Origin: an uncultured Acidobacteriaceae bacterium | Lineage (GTDB): Bacteria > Acidobacteriota > Terriglobia > Terriglobales > Acidobacteriaceae | Direction of reading: 5' to 3' | Length of the DNA stretch: 64,000 nt | Assembly: GCA_963797415.1 (NCBI GenBank) | Contig: CAWCPB010000003.1 | Span: 237,631 to 301,630 of the forward strand | Part shown: positions 22,853 to 34,051 of the stretch, in pieces | Numbering within the stretch: the stretch's first letter is position 1 | Layout of the letters: every line of letters starts with the position of its first letter | Notes under the pieces: generated by a model | What the model saw: only the letters and a program-made list of their open reading frames with translations | The model's database searches: none | Told to the model about the DNA's origin: nothing | Position numbers and translations under genes: made by a program

Positions 22853-23384
22853 TGTCAAGCCCTAAAACCCACAACCCTATCCAAAGAAAAGAGATGGAGC
22901 TGGCGTACCAGTTCCATCCCATGTATTAAACTAGAAGTAGTAAGTCGATAGAAGCTACCGGCGCCACCCAGCATACGGATAATACTGCGGCACAGGTGCC
23001 AGATAGTATCTCGGCGCAGACAGCAGCGCCCAAAGCATCATCGCAACCCAGCCAATCCCCGTCCACCCGAAGAACAGATTCAGCAGCAGAACACCGGCAA
23101 CATCATGGCCGCGATTCGCCGCAACGATCGTGGGCAGGAAGTAGATCAGCGCAAGCACGGAAAGAGTAATCATTCACGCAGCCTCCCTTGTGGCTGCAAA
23201 GTATTCTACGCGCCACCGTCTCCAGAAGTTCCGAGACGGTCCAACTCGCAAAATCACCGTAAACCATGCAGAAAGAATACTTTACCCGTAAAGTATTTAG
23301 AACCAAGACTTTGACAGCTACCTTCCTGCCTAAGCATAACAATCAAAATACTTTGCGTCAGAAGGGGGGAGGGGGTAGGGTACC
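22853..23384 (+). repeat. Repeat element A, copy 1 (split; carries imm-like gene between its halves)
   Basis: Left half tgtcaagccc...tggcgtaccagttccatccc...taaact (22853-22932). Right half: 27-bp units at 23259-23285, 23288-23314, 23330-23356, then G-tract gggggagggggtagggtacc. Confidence 0.75.
22955..23173 (-). CDS. Superinfection immunity protein (T4 Imm-like family)
   Basis: IYFLPTIVAANRGH...LLLNLFFGWTGIGWVAMMLWAL matches the family pattern YFLPT..A..R.H....I..LN.FLGWT.IGW. RBS gggagg upstream. Confidence 0.85.
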   Translation of the reverse strand: MITLSVLALIYFLPTIVAANRGHDVAGVLLLNLFFGWTGIGWVAMMLWALLSAPRYYLAPVPQYYPYAGWRR

Positions 23385-23430
23385 TCCGGAAAGGCAAAAT
23401 CCTAAGATCCGCGGTCGCAAACTGTTGGAA

Positions 23431-23507
23431 TGGTGGCCCGGGCAGGAGTCCAACCTGCGACCTTCGCGTTAGGAGTGCGCTGCTCTATGCAACTGAGCTA
23501 CCGGGCC
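23431..23507 (-). tRNA. tRNA-Arg(CCT)
   Basis: GGCCCGG TA GCTC AGTTGCATA GAGC A GCGCA CTCCTAA CGCGA AGGTC GCAGG TTGGACT CCTGC CCGGGCC A CCA. Cloverleaf with encoded CCA and A20 identity element. Confidence 0.9.
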
Positions 23508-23572
23508 ACGTTTGGCTAGTGTATCGCGAGGGTTACGAGAGGTGCGGTGATAAACTTGGGGGTGGAGAGTTT

Positions 23573-24805
23573 ATGCCTGAGATACAGCGTCGGCGTGCGG
23601 TAACCGTGAATGTGGGGGGCGTTCGGGTTGGGTCCGATTCGCCGGTTGTAGTGCAGTCGATGACCAATACCGATACGGCGGACGTGGAATCGACCGTCCA
23701 GCAGGTAGCTGCGCTGGCACGCGCCGGGTCGGAGATGGTACGGGTCACGGTCAACAACGATGAGGCGGCCAAAGCCGTGCCGTACATCGTCGAAGCGCTG
23801 GCAAAGAAGGGCTGGACGACGCCGATCATCGGTGACTTCCACTACAACGGGCACCAGTTGCTGGCCAGGTATCCCGATACAGCCGAGGCGCTGGCGAAGT
23901 ACCGGATCAATCCCGGCAACTGCTCGATCGGGCGCAAGGACGATGACAACTTCCGGACCATGGTGGAAGTCGCGGTGAAGCACCAGAAGCCGGTGCGGAT
24001 CGGCGTCAACTGGGGCTCGCTCGACCAGGCGCTGCTGACGAAGATGATGGACGACAACTCGAAGAGCGCCACTCCCCAGCCCGCGCGCGATGTGATGATG
24101 GAGGCGATGGTAGTGTCGGCTCTCGATAACGCGGCCGCGGCGGAGCGCTACGGGTTGCGGCAGGATCAGATCGTCCTGTCGGCCAAGGTCTCCGGCGTAC
24201 GGGACCTGATCGATGTCTATACTGAGCTGGCCAGCCGGTGCGACTACGCGCTGCACCTCGGCCTGACCGAGGCCGGCATGGGCATGAAGGGAATCGTGGC
24301 CTCAGCAGCCGGACTCGCTCCGCTGCTGCTCGACGGGATCGGGGACACGATCCGGGTAAGCCTGACCCCCACCCCAGGTGGCGACCGGAGCGAAGAAGTT
24401 CGCTGCGGACAGCAGATTCTGCAGTCGCTCGGGATTCGGAGCTTTATGCCCCAGGTCACGAGCTGTCCTGGCTGCGGACGGACGACCTCGACGTACTTCC
24501 AGGAGTTGGCCGAGCGGATTCAGGGCTATCTTGTCGCGCAGATGCCGGAGTGGAAGAAGGTCTATCCGGGTGTCGAGGAACTGAAGCTTGCCGTCATGGG
24601 CTGCATCGTCAACGGGCCTGGCGAGTCGAAGCATGCCAACATCGGGATATCGCTGCCGGGTACGTTCGAGGAGCCGAAAGCTCCGGTATACGTCGACGGC
24701 AAGCTGTTCACGACGCTGAAGGGTGACCAGATCGTCGAGGAGTTTCAGGTGATTCTCGATGAGTATGTCGAGAAGCGGTATGGCAAGGTGCTGGTCGAGG
24801 TCTAG
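23573..24805 (+). CDS. ispG: (E)-4-hydroxy-3-methylbut-2-enyl-diphosphate synthase (flavodoxin)
   Basis: [71 protein letters not shown]. Confidence 0.97.
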   Translation: MPEIQRRRAVTVNVGGVRVGSDSPVVVQSMTNTDTADVESTVQQVAALARAGSEMVRVTVNNDEAAKAVPYIVEALAKKGWTTPIIGDFHYNGHQLLARYPDTAEALAKYRINPGNCSIGRKDDDNFRTMVEVAVKHQKPVRIGVNWGSLDQALLTKMMDDNSKSATPQPARDVMMEAMVVSALDNAAAAERYGLRQDQIVLSAKVSGVRDLIDVYTELASRCDYALHLGLTEAGMGMKGIVASAAGLAPLLLDGIGDTIRVSLTPTPGGDRSEEVRCGQQILQSLGIRSFMPQVTSCPGCGRTTSTYFQELAERIQGYLVAQMPEWKKVYPGVEELKLAVMGCIVNGPGESKHANIGISLPGTFEEPKAPVYVDGKLFTTLKGDQIVEEFQVILDEYVEKRYGKVLVEV

Positions 24806-24824
24806 GTACTTCCGCCTTCCTGCC

Positions 24825-27779
24825 TCAAGGTATTTGGATGCGGTAGAGATTGCGGCGAGTCGTCTCGCGAGTGTATGCATAAACAGACGGGTTTACGGCT
24901 GATTGCACAGACTGCGGGATAGCGATATCCGTTTTTGCATTAATAAAATCCAGACTGCGCACGCCTCCGGGCGGCAGCTTCGGAAGTCCGTCATGCATCA
25001 CCGGCAGTGCATAACTGCCTGAACCATATGGCAAGAAGGAAACGTAAGCATATCTTCCAGCTGTATCCCAACTGAGCGTGCAATAGTCGAGGCACAACGG
25101 CACCGATGCGCTGCCATCCACAGGAAACGCCTTCATGCTAGCCGGGTGTTCTTCGTCAGAGTTGGCGGACCCGGCAACAACCCAGCGGCCGTCCGGTGAC
25201 ACGGAAGCGATATCCAGAATTCGTTCCGAGGTAATCTTGCGGCGGTCGGTGCCATCGGTCTTCATGCGATAGATAAAGCTCGAGCCGCCTTCTATCGCGC
25301 GAAAGATAAGGTCACCGTTCGGCAGAAAAAAGGGAACATCTTCGACAGCCGCAGAGGGGATGCGCACCGGGGATGATCGACGGCTGGTTAGAGCAATCCA
25401 CAGGTTTGTATGGCCGTTCTGATCTTTCATGGAAAATACAACTTCTTTCCCGTCTCGAGAAACGGAGTATGCCTGTTTCACCTCTCGCCCAGCGGAATAT
25501 TCCTGCAACGGATAATCCTTCAAAATCTTCTCTTCTTTCCCGTTATTCAGGTCTCTGATCCACAACTCGTCGTTTCCCGTTTGTCCGATGGCTTTAAGGA
25601 AATAGAGACTGTGTCCGTCAGAAGAAAACCTTGGCAGGGAAGTGTTAGCTTCGGAGGAGATCGGGTGCTCTCCGTCCTTATCGTGCAGCCACACAGACCG
25701 GTCCTCCGACCCGACAGAGGTAATGAGCGATTTGCCGTCAGGCGCCATCGCAATTCCTTCCTGAGACGTTGGGCCAAAGGTGAATTGCTCTGGTTTTCCA
25801 TCTGGAAAGCGCTGCCGCCAGATGTGAAAGGTATCCGTCTTGGCTGTGAGATAGATCCATCTACCATCAGGCGACCAAGCGCCCGTAAGGCACGCACCGT
25901 TGGGAGGGCCTACTACTCTAGTTTCCTTCGAGCCATCGAATGGAACGATCCGGCAAGGAATAATTTCGCTTCGGCTGTCCATCTCAACAATGAGTACCCA
26001 TCGGCCGTCCGGCGAGAGATAGGAATGATGGGCCATGCTGCGTTTGCCGGCAGGCACATAGACGTCCCGGCTATCCCCCCGACCCTCGTCCGTGGTCACT
26101 ACGGCCATATGCAGCCCTTCTTTAATCTCAGAGAAGAGCAGCCTTTTTCCGCCTTCAATCCATGTTAATGAGGAAGAGTTGGGCAGCAGCATGTGAGGTT
26201 CGCCGCCGAGAACAGGTACCTCCCAGGTGTCCCATATGCCGCCGCTGCGACCATAGGAGATCCGCGAGTTATCCGGGGAAAACGACGGGGCCAGTTTTGG
26301 CCTCGAATCGTGGGTTAGCTGGACGGGGTCGCCTCCGGGCAACAACTTTACGTAGAGATCTCCACCTGTGATGAACGAGCTGTCTCCTCGAATGAACGCG
26401 AGCATTCGTCCGTCAGAGGAGAGAGTGGGATACACGGCCGAGTCCGTAAAGAAGGTCAGCTGCTCCCACTCTTTGCTGAGTGAGACTCCGCCAGGGGGCG
26501 AGCGCCAGAAGAGAAAAGCCGCCACAACCGTCAGAACAAGAGCCACAGCCGCAACATAGTAGTAGGGCTTCCACGACCTTCGTTTTTCTGGAGGTAGCGC
26601 TCTTGTCTTTTCTTGCTCCTGTATTGAAGACGATGCGTCCCCGTGGCTTCGGCTGGTGTCTCGCGCTAACCGTTTCAGGTCCGTTTGTAACTCGACGGCG
26701 CTCTGGTAGCGCAGCTTCCGGTCCTTTTCCAGAGCCTTGCTGATAATTTCTTCCAGCTTTGGGGGTACGTCCGGATTCAGCCGCACGAGTGCGACCGGCG
26801 TGCGATTCAAAATTGCTTCGGCCATCACGCCAGTGCTCTCGCCACGGAACGGCAGAACCCCGGTCACCATCTCGTAGAGCACTACTCCAAAAGAGAACAG
26901 GTCGGTGCGCGCATCCATCTCCTCGCAACGAACCTGCTCAGGTGACATGTAAGCGATCGTGCCCATCGCTGTACCCGGCTGCGTGAGCCGTCCCGATCGG
27001 CTGCCGGTCGGCATCGCCGAAGGATTCGCGTCACCACAGGCCGGCATCAGCTTCGCCAGACCAAAATCCAAAACCTTGACGTGGCCGCGCTCGGTCACAA
27101 AGAGGTTCGCAGGCTTGATGTCGCGGTGAATGATTCCCTTGCTGTGGGCAGTGCTGAGTGCGTCTGCTATCTCCGTCGCCCATTCAATGACCTCCCCCAG
27201 GGGAAGCGGCACGCCGCCGATGTGGTGTTTTAGCGTCGCGCCTTCCATGAACTCCATGGCGATAAACGTCTGGCCGTCCTGCGTGTCGATCTCGTAGATG
27301 GTGCAGATATGGGGGTGATTCAGCGCGGACGCCGCACGCGCCTCTCTGCGGAAACGTTCCAGAGCCTGCGGGTCCTGGGCCAGGAGATCAGGAAGAAACT
27401 TGAGCGCGACAAACCGACGAAGGGATGCGTCTTCGGCCTTGTAGACGACGCCCATACCGCCGCCACCCAACATCTCAACGATTCGGTAATGGGAGATGGT
27501 TTGATCAATCATTGGGTGGATAATAGGCGATTGGCCAGGTGTGAGCTCGTCTGGCTGCAAGCGGCCACCGTTGTCATACAGGAAATCGCCGACATTGGCG
27601 AGTGGAGCGTCCAGCGAACCAGTGTTTCGCTCCTCCGCGTCCAGAAGTTGGAGGAGGTGGGTCTTTAATTCGAGATCACCGCCACACGCAGCTTCTATGA
27701 ATGCGGCACGGTTCTCTGTCCCCTCCTGCAGGGCGGCATGGAACAACGGTTTCAGGCGCTGCCAGAGTTCAGGGGTCAT
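24825..27779 (-). CDS. Hanks-type Ser/Thr protein kinase with TM segment and TolB-like (PD40) beta-propeller
   Basis: [34 protein letters not shown]; [19 protein letters not shown]; repeated SPDG motifs. Confidence 0.93.
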   Translation of the reverse strand: MTPELWQRLKPLFHAALQEGTENRAAFIEAACGGDLELKTHLLQLLDAEERNTGSLDAPLANVGDFLYDNGGRLQPDELTPGQSPIIHPMIDQTISHYRIVEMLGGGGMGVVYKAEDASLRRFVALKFLPDLLAQDPQALERFRREARAASALNHPHICTIYEIDTQDGQTFIAMEFMEGATLKHHIGGVPLPLGEVIEWATEIADALSTAHSKGIIHRDIKPANLFVTERGHVKVLDFGLAKLMPACGDANPSAMPTGSRSGRLTQPGTAMGTIAYMSPEQVRCEEMDARTDLFSFGVVLYEMVTGVLPFRGESTGVMAEAILNRTPVALVRLNPDVPPKLEEIISKALEKDRKLRYQSAVELQTDLKRLARDTSRSHGDASSSIQEQEKTRALPPEKRRSWKPYYYVAAVALVLTVVAAFLFWRSPPGGVSLSKEWEQLTFFTDSAVYPTLSSDGRMLAFIRGDSSFITGGDLYVKLLPGGDPVQLTHDSRPKLAPSFSPDNSRISYGRSGGIWDTWEVPVLGGEPHMLLPNSSSLTWIEGGKRLLFSEIKEGLHMAVVTTDEGRGDSRDVYVPAGKRSMAHHSYLSPDGRWVLIVEMDSRSEIIPCRIVPFDGSKETRVVGPPNGACLTGAWSPDGRWIYLTAKTDTFHIWRQRFPDGKPEQFTFGPTSQEGIAMAPDGKSLITSVGSEDRSVWLHDKDGEHPISSEANTSLPRFSSDGHSLYFLKAIGQTGNDELWIRDLNNGKEEKILKDYPLQEYSAGREVKQAYSVSRDGKEVVFSMKDQNGHTNLWIALTSRRSSPVRIPSAAVEDVPFFLPNGDLIFRAIEGGSSFIYRMKTDGTDRRKITSERILDIASVSPDGRWVVAGSANSDEEHPASMKAFPVDGSASVPLCLDYCTLSWDTAGRYAYVSFLPYGSGSYALPVMHDGLPKLPPGGVRSLDFINAKTDIAIPQSVQSAVNPSVYAYTRETTRRNLYRIQIP

Positions 27780-28068
27780 CTTCGATTCGCGGCAATGGCT
27801 CTCGCCGCCTCGATCAGCAGGCTATTGTCCGGTCACGTCTACGTACCCAAGCGGGGAATGCTCGATCTCGCTTCTACTCCTCGGAGCCCTAATTGTCTCA
27901 ATAATCGTCTTCATTGCGATACCTCCGACGACCAAACCAAGTAGAGGTATAGTTCCACAAGTTTCGCACTATGTCAGTAAAATGCCAATCTGCAGGATAA
28001 GGGGCCAATAGACCTATGACTTGTTGTGGAATTCCGACGCAATTATGCTCTGCTGGAGACTACTATCA

Positions 28069-28158
28069 ATGCCCAAGCTATTCACTCCTCGCGAAGCAGC
28101 CCGAGTGCTAGGCGTCAGCTACGCATCGCTGAAGCAGTGGATCTACCATGGAAAGCTA
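28069..28158 (+). pseudogene. Truncated excisionase/MerR-type HTH (N-terminus only)
   Basis: MPKLFTPREAARVLGVSYASLKQWIYHGKL with RBS ggaga; similarity ends after about 30 aa. Confidence 0.65.
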
Positions 28159-28220
28159 GTCGAGCTAGCCCATCCTTCCCTACTGCTATCCAAATCGCAC
28201 CCTGCCGGTCACGTGCCAAT

Positions 28221-28313
28221 CACCTCAACATCGAGTTTGTCAGCTTCCGCGAAAACCTTGATACCGGAGGCCCGCTCGGGCAGGTCGTCGTCATCATTAT
28301 CGGAGCTATCGCG
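28221..28313 (+). pseudogene. Serine recombinase (resolvase) internal fragment
   Basis: HLNIEFVSFRENLDTGGPLGQVVVIIIGAIA matches the resolvase F(V)S..E.IDT..P.G.....I.GA.A motif. Confidence 0.7.
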
Positions 28314-28454
28314 AAAACAGGACTTCTGCTGTCTCACAAGGTGTGGGTTCTGAGATCGTTCCTACACCACCAGAACTTTTTTGATGTCATCCTTGTTTCA
28401 CTCGTCGGCTGTCTCGACACATTCGAGTGTTGTGCCTTTTACAAAAGCTTTCGT

Positions 28455-31400
28455 CTAGACTTGAAGCACATCGCCTTCACGGGCAACCATCTCATACAAC
28501 ACGGGATTGACGAAGAATCCGATGAAGAGGCGGGAGATGAGACCTGCCACGATGACTATGGCGAATGGCCTTTGTGTATCCGATCCGATGCCGGTTGAAA
28601 GAGCCGCTGGCAGCAATCCAAGGCAGGCGACAAGAGCAGTCATCATGATAGGACGGAGTCGCAGGAGCGAAGCTTCCCGTGTAGCCGTGCGGATGTCCAT
28701 TCCCTCCTGCCGCAGCTTGTTGATGTAGGAGACGAGAATGACGGCAGTTTCCACCGAAACCCCGAGCAATGCCAGAAGACCTAAGACGGAGGAAACGCTG
28801 AATGGAGTGTGAGTGAGCTTCAACGCAACCAGGGCACCCACTGGTTCGGTCATGATGACGCCAAGAGCAATCGCGACGGGGAATTTGAAATTTCCGTAGA
28901 GCGCAAACAAGATCATGAAGATCAACACCAGCGCAAGCGGACCGATAAATAACATCTGCGATTTGGCTTCGAGAAGCTGGCTGTATTCACCGCCCCATTC
29001 CATCCGGTAGCCCTGCGGTATTGATACGGCTTTCTTGACCGCTGCCTGGCCGTCTCGCACCGCCCGCTCTAAATCACGCCCCTCGATACTGTACTGCACG
29101 CCAATGTAACGGGAGTTGTTTTCACGATAGATAAAAGACGCACCATTTCCCTGGGTGATATTGGCGAGTTGACTGAGTGGAATTTGCTGGCCATCCGGTG
29201 TACCGACCAACAGATTTCCGATCTGATGCGCATTGCTGCGGAACTGTGATTGCATGCGGACGACAAGGTCGAACAGTTTCTCGCCTTGAATGACTTGAGT
29301 GACCGCCTGCCCACCTACCGCAGCCGAGATCACAGCTTCCACATCCGAAACGTTTATCCCGTAGCGTGCAATCTTGTCGCGATCGACGTCAACCAGGAGG
29401 CTAGGCTGGCCGAGCTCTCGCACAACCGTAAGGTCGGTGAAGCCGGGCACCCTGGAGAGAGTGTTTTTGATCTGGATTGCTTTGTCCTGCAGAATGTTCA
29501 GGTCGTCACCGTATATTTTGACCGCCAAAGAACTCTTAAGACCGGTCAGTGCTTCATCCACAGCATCTTCGGCAGGCTGCGTGTAGTTGAAGATGATTCC
29601 CGGGAAGGCAGTGAGTCTCTTGTTGATCGATTCGATGAGCTGCTTTTTGTCGCTGATATCCCCGACCCATGCCTTGTCCTTATATGGCCTGAGACCAACG
29701 TAGAACTCACAATTAAAAAAGCCTGTGGGATCAGTGCCATCGTCTGGGCGTCCCAGTTCTGAACCCACTACAGTGACCTGCGGATAAGACATCAGAATGG
29801 TTCGTATCTGAGGCGCGATGGTGCTTGCCTCCTCGAAGGAGATGGTGTAGGGCATGGTAGCCCGCACCCAGAGCGCGCCTTCATCGAGATGGGGCATAAA
29901 CTCGCCTCCGATGAAGGGCACCAGGAATAGGGTCGCCGCGAAGATCAGGGTCGTGATCGCGATGGTGGCCCTGGGCCGATCGAGCGCCCAATCCAGAGGC
30001 GCTGCATAATTCCTCTTCATCCATTCGAATGCGCGATTGTGCGTCTCGCGCACGCCCTTCTTGAACCAGTAGGAGGCCAGCACCGGGATGAGCGTGAGCG
30101 TCAGGATGAGGGCGCCGACCAGTGCAAAGGACATCGTCTCGGCCATGGGGTGGAACAGCTTCCCCGAAGGTCCGCTTAGCACGTAAATCGGTAAATAACC
30201 GGCGAGGATGACCGCCACCGAATAGAAAATCGGACGATCCACATCTTTCGCAGCTGCAATAATAATTGTGTTTAGGTTGTATTGCTGTCCTCCCCGCAGT
30301 GCCAGTTCGCGGTAGATATTTTCGATCATTACTACAGCGCCATCGACGATAATGCCGAAGTCTATCGCGCCGATGGAGAGCAGGTTTGCGGCAACGTCGT
30401 GCGCGTGAAGCACAATAAAGGCAAACAAAAGCGAGAGCGGAATGGTAACTGCAACGATAACGGCTGCGCGGAAGCTGACCAGGAAGAAGATCAACACGAT
30501 CAAAACCAGCACCATGCCACGAAGCAGGTTCGCTTTCACCGTCTCCGTGGTCAGGTCTACTAATTCACTGCGGTCGTAGTAAGGATGAATCCTAACGTCA
30601 GGCGGCAGGATCTGGCGGTTCAGCTCGTCCGTCTTTGCTTGAACTCCCTTGAGTACGTTCTGCGTTTGCTCCCCACGCAGCATCAGAATGACGCCCTCAA
30701 CCGCATCGTCATTTTTCTGGAAGCCAAATTCTCCGAGGCGCGGGGCGTGTCCGATCGTTACATCTCCGATATCACGCACTCGAATGGGTACGCCCTTGTT
30801 GGCGCCCACCACGATGTTGCTAATGTCATCTGTATTCCGCACCAGCCCTATCCCGCGAACATAGTAGAACTGTCCGCCCTGAGAATAGAACCCTCCGCCC
30901 GCATTCGAGTTGTTGGCAGTCAGCGCGGTAACGACCTGCGGAATCGTCAGGTGATACCCGTAGATGCGCGCCGGATCCAGGAGCACCTGGTACTGCATCA
31001 CCGTTCCGCCAAACCCTGAGTCGTCCGCTACGCCGTGGACCGAACGATAGGCTCGCGCAATCACCCAGTCTTCAATCGTCTTTAGCTCCTGAGGGCTGCG
31101 GTCGGGACTTTCAAGTACATAGCGATACACCAGGCCGCTGGGGCTGAACAACGGCGCCATGCTTGGGGTGACGCCCGTTGGAAGCGTAGCTTGAGCGAGC
31201 CGCTCAAAAACAATCTGTCGTGCAAAGTAATCGCCTGTAGTGTCCTCAAAAGTGAGGATGATATCGGAGAGCCCATACAGCGAGATGGAACGCATCACCA
31301 CCATGTGTGGGACACCGTTCATCTGAAGTTCAAGGGGAAGCGTGACCAGCCGTTCGACTTCCTCTGCGGCATGATCTGGCCATTGGGTGATGATTTCGAC

Positions 31401-31538
31401 TTGCGGGGGCGAGAGGTCTGGATAAGCATCCACGGGCATCCGCTGAAACGATATGATTCCCCCGACCGTGATGAAAGCAGTCAGCATCAGTACCAGAAAC
31501 CTTTGTCGCAGCGCGGCTTGGACTATTCGGTGGATCAT
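28455..31538 (-). CDS. CusA/CzcA family heavy-metal efflux RND permease
   Basis: 1027 aa; PVDAYPDLS, ANLLSIGAIDFGIIVDGAVVMIEN, GGEFMPHLDEG, RLRPIMMTALVA, GIGSDTQRPFAIVIV. Confidence 0.93.
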   Translation of the reverse strand: MIHRIVQAALRQRFLVLMLTAFITVGGIISFQRMPVDAYPDLSPPQVEIITQWPDHAAEEVERLVTLPLELQMNGVPHMVVMRSISLYGLSDIILTFEDTTGDYFARQIVFERLAQATLPTGVTPSMAPLFSPSGLVYRYVLESPDRSPQELKTIEDWVIARAYRSVHGVADDSGFGGTVMQYQVLLDPARIYGYHLTIPQVVTALTANNSNAGGGFYSQGGQFYYVRGIGLVRNTDDISNIVVGANKGVPIRVRDIGDVTIGHAPRLGEFGFQKNDDAVEGVILMLRGEQTQNVLKGVQAKTDELNRQILPPDVRIHPYYDRSELVDLTTETVKANLLRGMVLVLIVLIFFLVSFRAAVIVAVTIPLSLLFAFIVLHAHDVAANLLSIGAIDFGIIVDGAVVMIENIYRELALRGGQQYNLNTIIIAAAKDVDRPIFYSVAVILAGYLPIYVLSGPSGKLFHPMAETMSFALVGALILTLTLIPVLASYWFKKGVRETHNRAFEWMKRNYAAPLDWALDRPRATIAITTLIFAATLFLVPFIGGEFMPHLDEGALWVRATMPYTISFEEASTIAPQIRTILMSYPQVTVVGSELGRPDDGTDPTGFFNCEFYVGLRPYKDKAWVGDISDKKQLIESINKRLTAFPGIIFNYTQPAEDAVDEALTGLKSSLAVKIYGDDLNILQDKAIQIKNTLSRVPGFTDLTVVRELGQPSLLVDVDRDKIARYGINVSDVEAVISAAVGGQAVTQVIQGEKLFDLVVRMQSQFRSNAHQIGNLLVGTPDGQQIPLSQLANITQGNGASFIYRENNSRYIGVQYSIEGRDLERAVRDGQAAVKKAVSIPQGYRMEWGGEYSQLLEAKSQMLFIGPLALVLIFMILFALYGNFKFPVAIALGVIMTEPVGALVALKLTHTPFSVSSVLGLLALLGVSVETAVILVSYINKLRQEGMDIRTATREASLLRLRPIMMTALVACLGLLPAALSTGIGSDTQRPFAIVIVAGLISRLFIGFFVNPVLYEMVAREGDVLQV

Positions 31539-31613
31539 TCAGTTGTGAGGACCCTATCCTTGCCAGAGGTCTTGTTACAGTTTGGGGCGTTGTTCAAAAT
31601 CTGAGCAATCCGG

Positions 31614-32768
31614 CTAGCGTTGCAGCGAGTTCGCAAATTGCAAGAACAAACTGCCATTTCCGATAACCCGGTCGCCCGTCTTCAATCCGCTGGTAATTTC
31701 CGTTTGTCCATTCAGGCTTTCCCCAAGCGTCACTGAGCGTCGGCCAAACTGGTTCGGAGACGCTTCGACATAGACGAAAGGCTGGTTCTCGTTATCGCGA
31801 AGGACGGCAGCATCTGGAAGCGCAATGACATTGGGAATTGTGCCCGCGTTTACGGTTCCCACTACGTACATGTCTTTCTTCAGTTTCGCGCCGGGGTTGT
31901 TCGTTTCAATGCGCGCCTGGAGGGTACGTGTCCCCGGATCCAGTGATGCCGCGACATAAGAGATACGCCCGCGGAACACTTCAGGATAGGCATCCGTTTG
32001 AATGGCGACCGAATCTCCGACACGCACGTAGGGCAAATCCTTCTGATAGACATTAACCAGCACCCAGACAGTGCTGATGTCGGAGATCATGAAACATTGT
32101 GTGGTGCCTGGCTGAATGAGTTGTCCCGCAGAAACATCCTGCTCGACGACCAAGCCGTCGATCGGTGCCCTCACCGGAACTTCGAAAGAAGGCGGGGCTT
32201 TCACAAGTGCGTCGGGATCAGTAATTCCCATGACTTTCAATGCAGCTTGTGCGGATGCCAGGTCACCGCCCGCTTGCACTTCGGCCGATTCTGCCTGTTC
32301 AACATTCTGTTCGGCGATCGCGTGATGCTGGTAGAGGTCCTTCGCCCGGGAATTGGCCTTCTGGGCAAGGGCGTATGCATCCTTGGCCTTCAAATAATTT
32401 GTGCGCAGCTGCGAGTAATCCGGACTCGCCACGTACAACATAGGCTCGCCCGCGCGTACGTTCTGGCCTGGAACGACTACCACCCGACTGACCGGTCCGC
32501 TCACCTGCGTAATGACTGGCGTCGTGCGAAAACTGTTGTAAGCAACGGTTCCCGTCAGCCGCAGGGATCGAGCCAGTGTCGTGGATTGAACTGTCAGCAC
32601 CTGCACATGGGACTTCTGGTCCTGCGAAATGGCAAACAGCTCCGGATCATTTGAGTTTGGTGCGCCATTCGAGTTGGCTGCATTCGATCCTGGCCGCTCA
32701 CAGCCGACAGAGACCAGCATGATCGCCGCAACGACGGTTAATTGCCAAAGGTCTTTACGCATCTTCAT
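31614..32768 (-). CDS. RND periplasmic adaptor (CzcB/CusB-like), lipoprotein
   Basis: Lipobox VSVGC; VRAPIDG, VWVLVNVYQKDL, LDPGTRTL, EITSGLKTGDRV. Confidence 0.9.
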   Translation of the reverse strand: MKMRKDLWQLTVVAAIMLVSVGCERPGSNAANSNGAPNSNDPELFAISQDQKSHVQVLTVQSTTLARSLRLTGTVAYNSFRTTPVITQVSGPVSRVVVVPGQNVRAGEPMLYVASPDYSQLRTNYLKAKDAYALAQKANSRAKDLYQHHAIAEQNVEQAESAEVQAGGDLASAQAALKVMGITDPDALVKAPPSFEVPVRAPIDGLVVEQDVSAGQLIQPGTTQCFMISDISTVWVLVNVYQKDLPYVRVGDSVAIQTDAYPEVFRGRISYVAASLDPGTRTLQARIETNNPGAKLKKDMYVVGTVNAGTIPNVIALPDAAVLRDNENQPFVYVEASPNQFGRRSVTLGESLNGQTEITSGLKTGDRVIGNGSLFLQFANSLQR

Positions 32769-34051
32769 GGCAGATTTCTCGTCCCCACAGCTCCCTTCAA
32801 CTGTTCCAACGCGGTCATATAAGAGCCTAACGCTTGGCGATAGGCCAACTGAACTGACCGGTAACTGCGCTCTGCGTCGAGAAAGTCCAGAAGACTTGCG
32901 GCTCCCCGGTTGTAAGCATACTCGCTGATGTCGCGCGAATCCTGCGCCTGCTTGAGATACCCGGAAGTGTAGAGTTGCACTACTTCGTCGTTGCTTCTGA
33001 CCGCCTCATAGGCGTTGGCAACATCGGAAAGAACCGCATCGCTGGCGAATTGCTGCAGCTCCTGAGCCTGCGTGAGGGCATATCCGGTACGTGCGATCTC
33101 TCCTTGGTTCCGGTTGAAGATCGGCAACGCAAAATTCACGAACATCGAAGCCGTGTTATCGCCAGAGACATGCGTATAGAGGAACGTACCATTTACGTCG
33201 ACCTTGGCGTTCGCCTTAGCCAGAAGGATTTGGCTCTGCGCGGCCGTTATCCCGAATTTCGCGGCACGGAGATCAGGGCGCAGGTCCACCGCTTTCATCT
33301 GCAAATCTTCCATGTTCGCTTTGAGCGGTTGGTACGCCAGATCGCCGATTACGTCATAATCGGCCGGCACCGCGTTGTAGCCCAGCAACTCTCGCAGGCT
33401 TACAAGCGTCTGCACTCTCGCCAGACGGGCAGAGGATACGTCGGTCTGAAATTGCAGAAGCTGCAGTTTGATCTTAAGATAGTCGCCTTCGCTAATGGCT
33501 CCCGCCTTGAACTGTGCCTCGCCGATATCGACCGTTTGCTGAAAGCTTTGTAGAGCCTGAAGCGCGAACTGGAGAGTTGATTCGGCCAATAAGACACTGA
33601 CGAACTGCTGGCCGACGCTGAAAGCCAGAGTTCGTTCGGCGTCGGCGACCTGGGCACCCGTGACTGCCGTTTGATCGCGAGCCGCTTCCAGGCGTCGCGG
33701 TCGCTTGTGATCACGTTCGAAGAGATACCCAACACCAATATCGAACTGCTGACTCTCGTTCAGATAGTCCGTAGAAAAATTTTGCGGACTGAACAATGGA
33801 ATGAACTGGGCGTCAGCTCCCAAAGTCGGATTGGGACGAAGATTGGCAGTGATCTCCTGAGCGTGATTCTGAAGAACCAGAGTTCGAGTGGCCTGGAGGG
33901 AATGGTTGTGAGTAAGCGCCAGATCAATGGCCTGGTCAAGGCTGATATACGTCGTATTTTGTCCAATACACGTCCCCACCAGCATCAGGAAAAATGTCGC
34001 GGCCGCGGCGAATATCCGAAAGTCCCTGGAGCGCATAAAGGTTGAGATCAC
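32765..34051 (-). CDS. TolC-family outer membrane factor (CzcC-like)
   Basis: LDQAIDLAL, ANLRPNP, RPDLRAA, LPIFNRNQGEI, YNRGAASLLDFLDAER. Overlaps the adaptor gene start. Confidence 0.9.
   Translation of the reverse strand: MISTFMRSRDFRIFAAAATFFLMLVGTCIGQNTTYISLDQAIDLALTHNHSLQATRTLVLQNHAQEITANLRPNPTLGADAQFIPLFSPQNFSTDYLNESQQFDIGVGYLFERDHKRPRRLEAARDQTAVTGAQVADAERTLAFSVGQQFVSVLLAESTLQFALQALQSFQQTVDIGEAQFKAGAISEGDYLKIKLQLLQFQTDVSSARLARVQTLVSLRELLGYNAVPADYDVIGDLAYQPLKANMEDLQMKAVDLRPDLRAAKFGITAAQSQILLAKANAKVDVNGTFLYTHVSGDNTASMFVNFALPIFNRNQGEIARTGYALTQAQELQQFASDAVLSDVANAYEAVRSNDEVVQLYTSGYLKQAQDSRDISEYAYNRGAASLLDFLDAERSYRSVQLAYRQALGSYMTALEQLKGAVGTRNLP

Noticed and set aside
23259-23356. 27-bp unit arrays as a CRISPR array or dif site
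   Set aside because: Only three degenerate units with 2 and 15 bp gaps, no unique spacers and no cas genes. No match to the XerD arm TTATGTTAAAT.
22955-23507. Prophage at tRNA-Arg
   Set aside because: Only the imm-like gene is present. No integrase, structural genes or duplicated tRNA 3' end were found.
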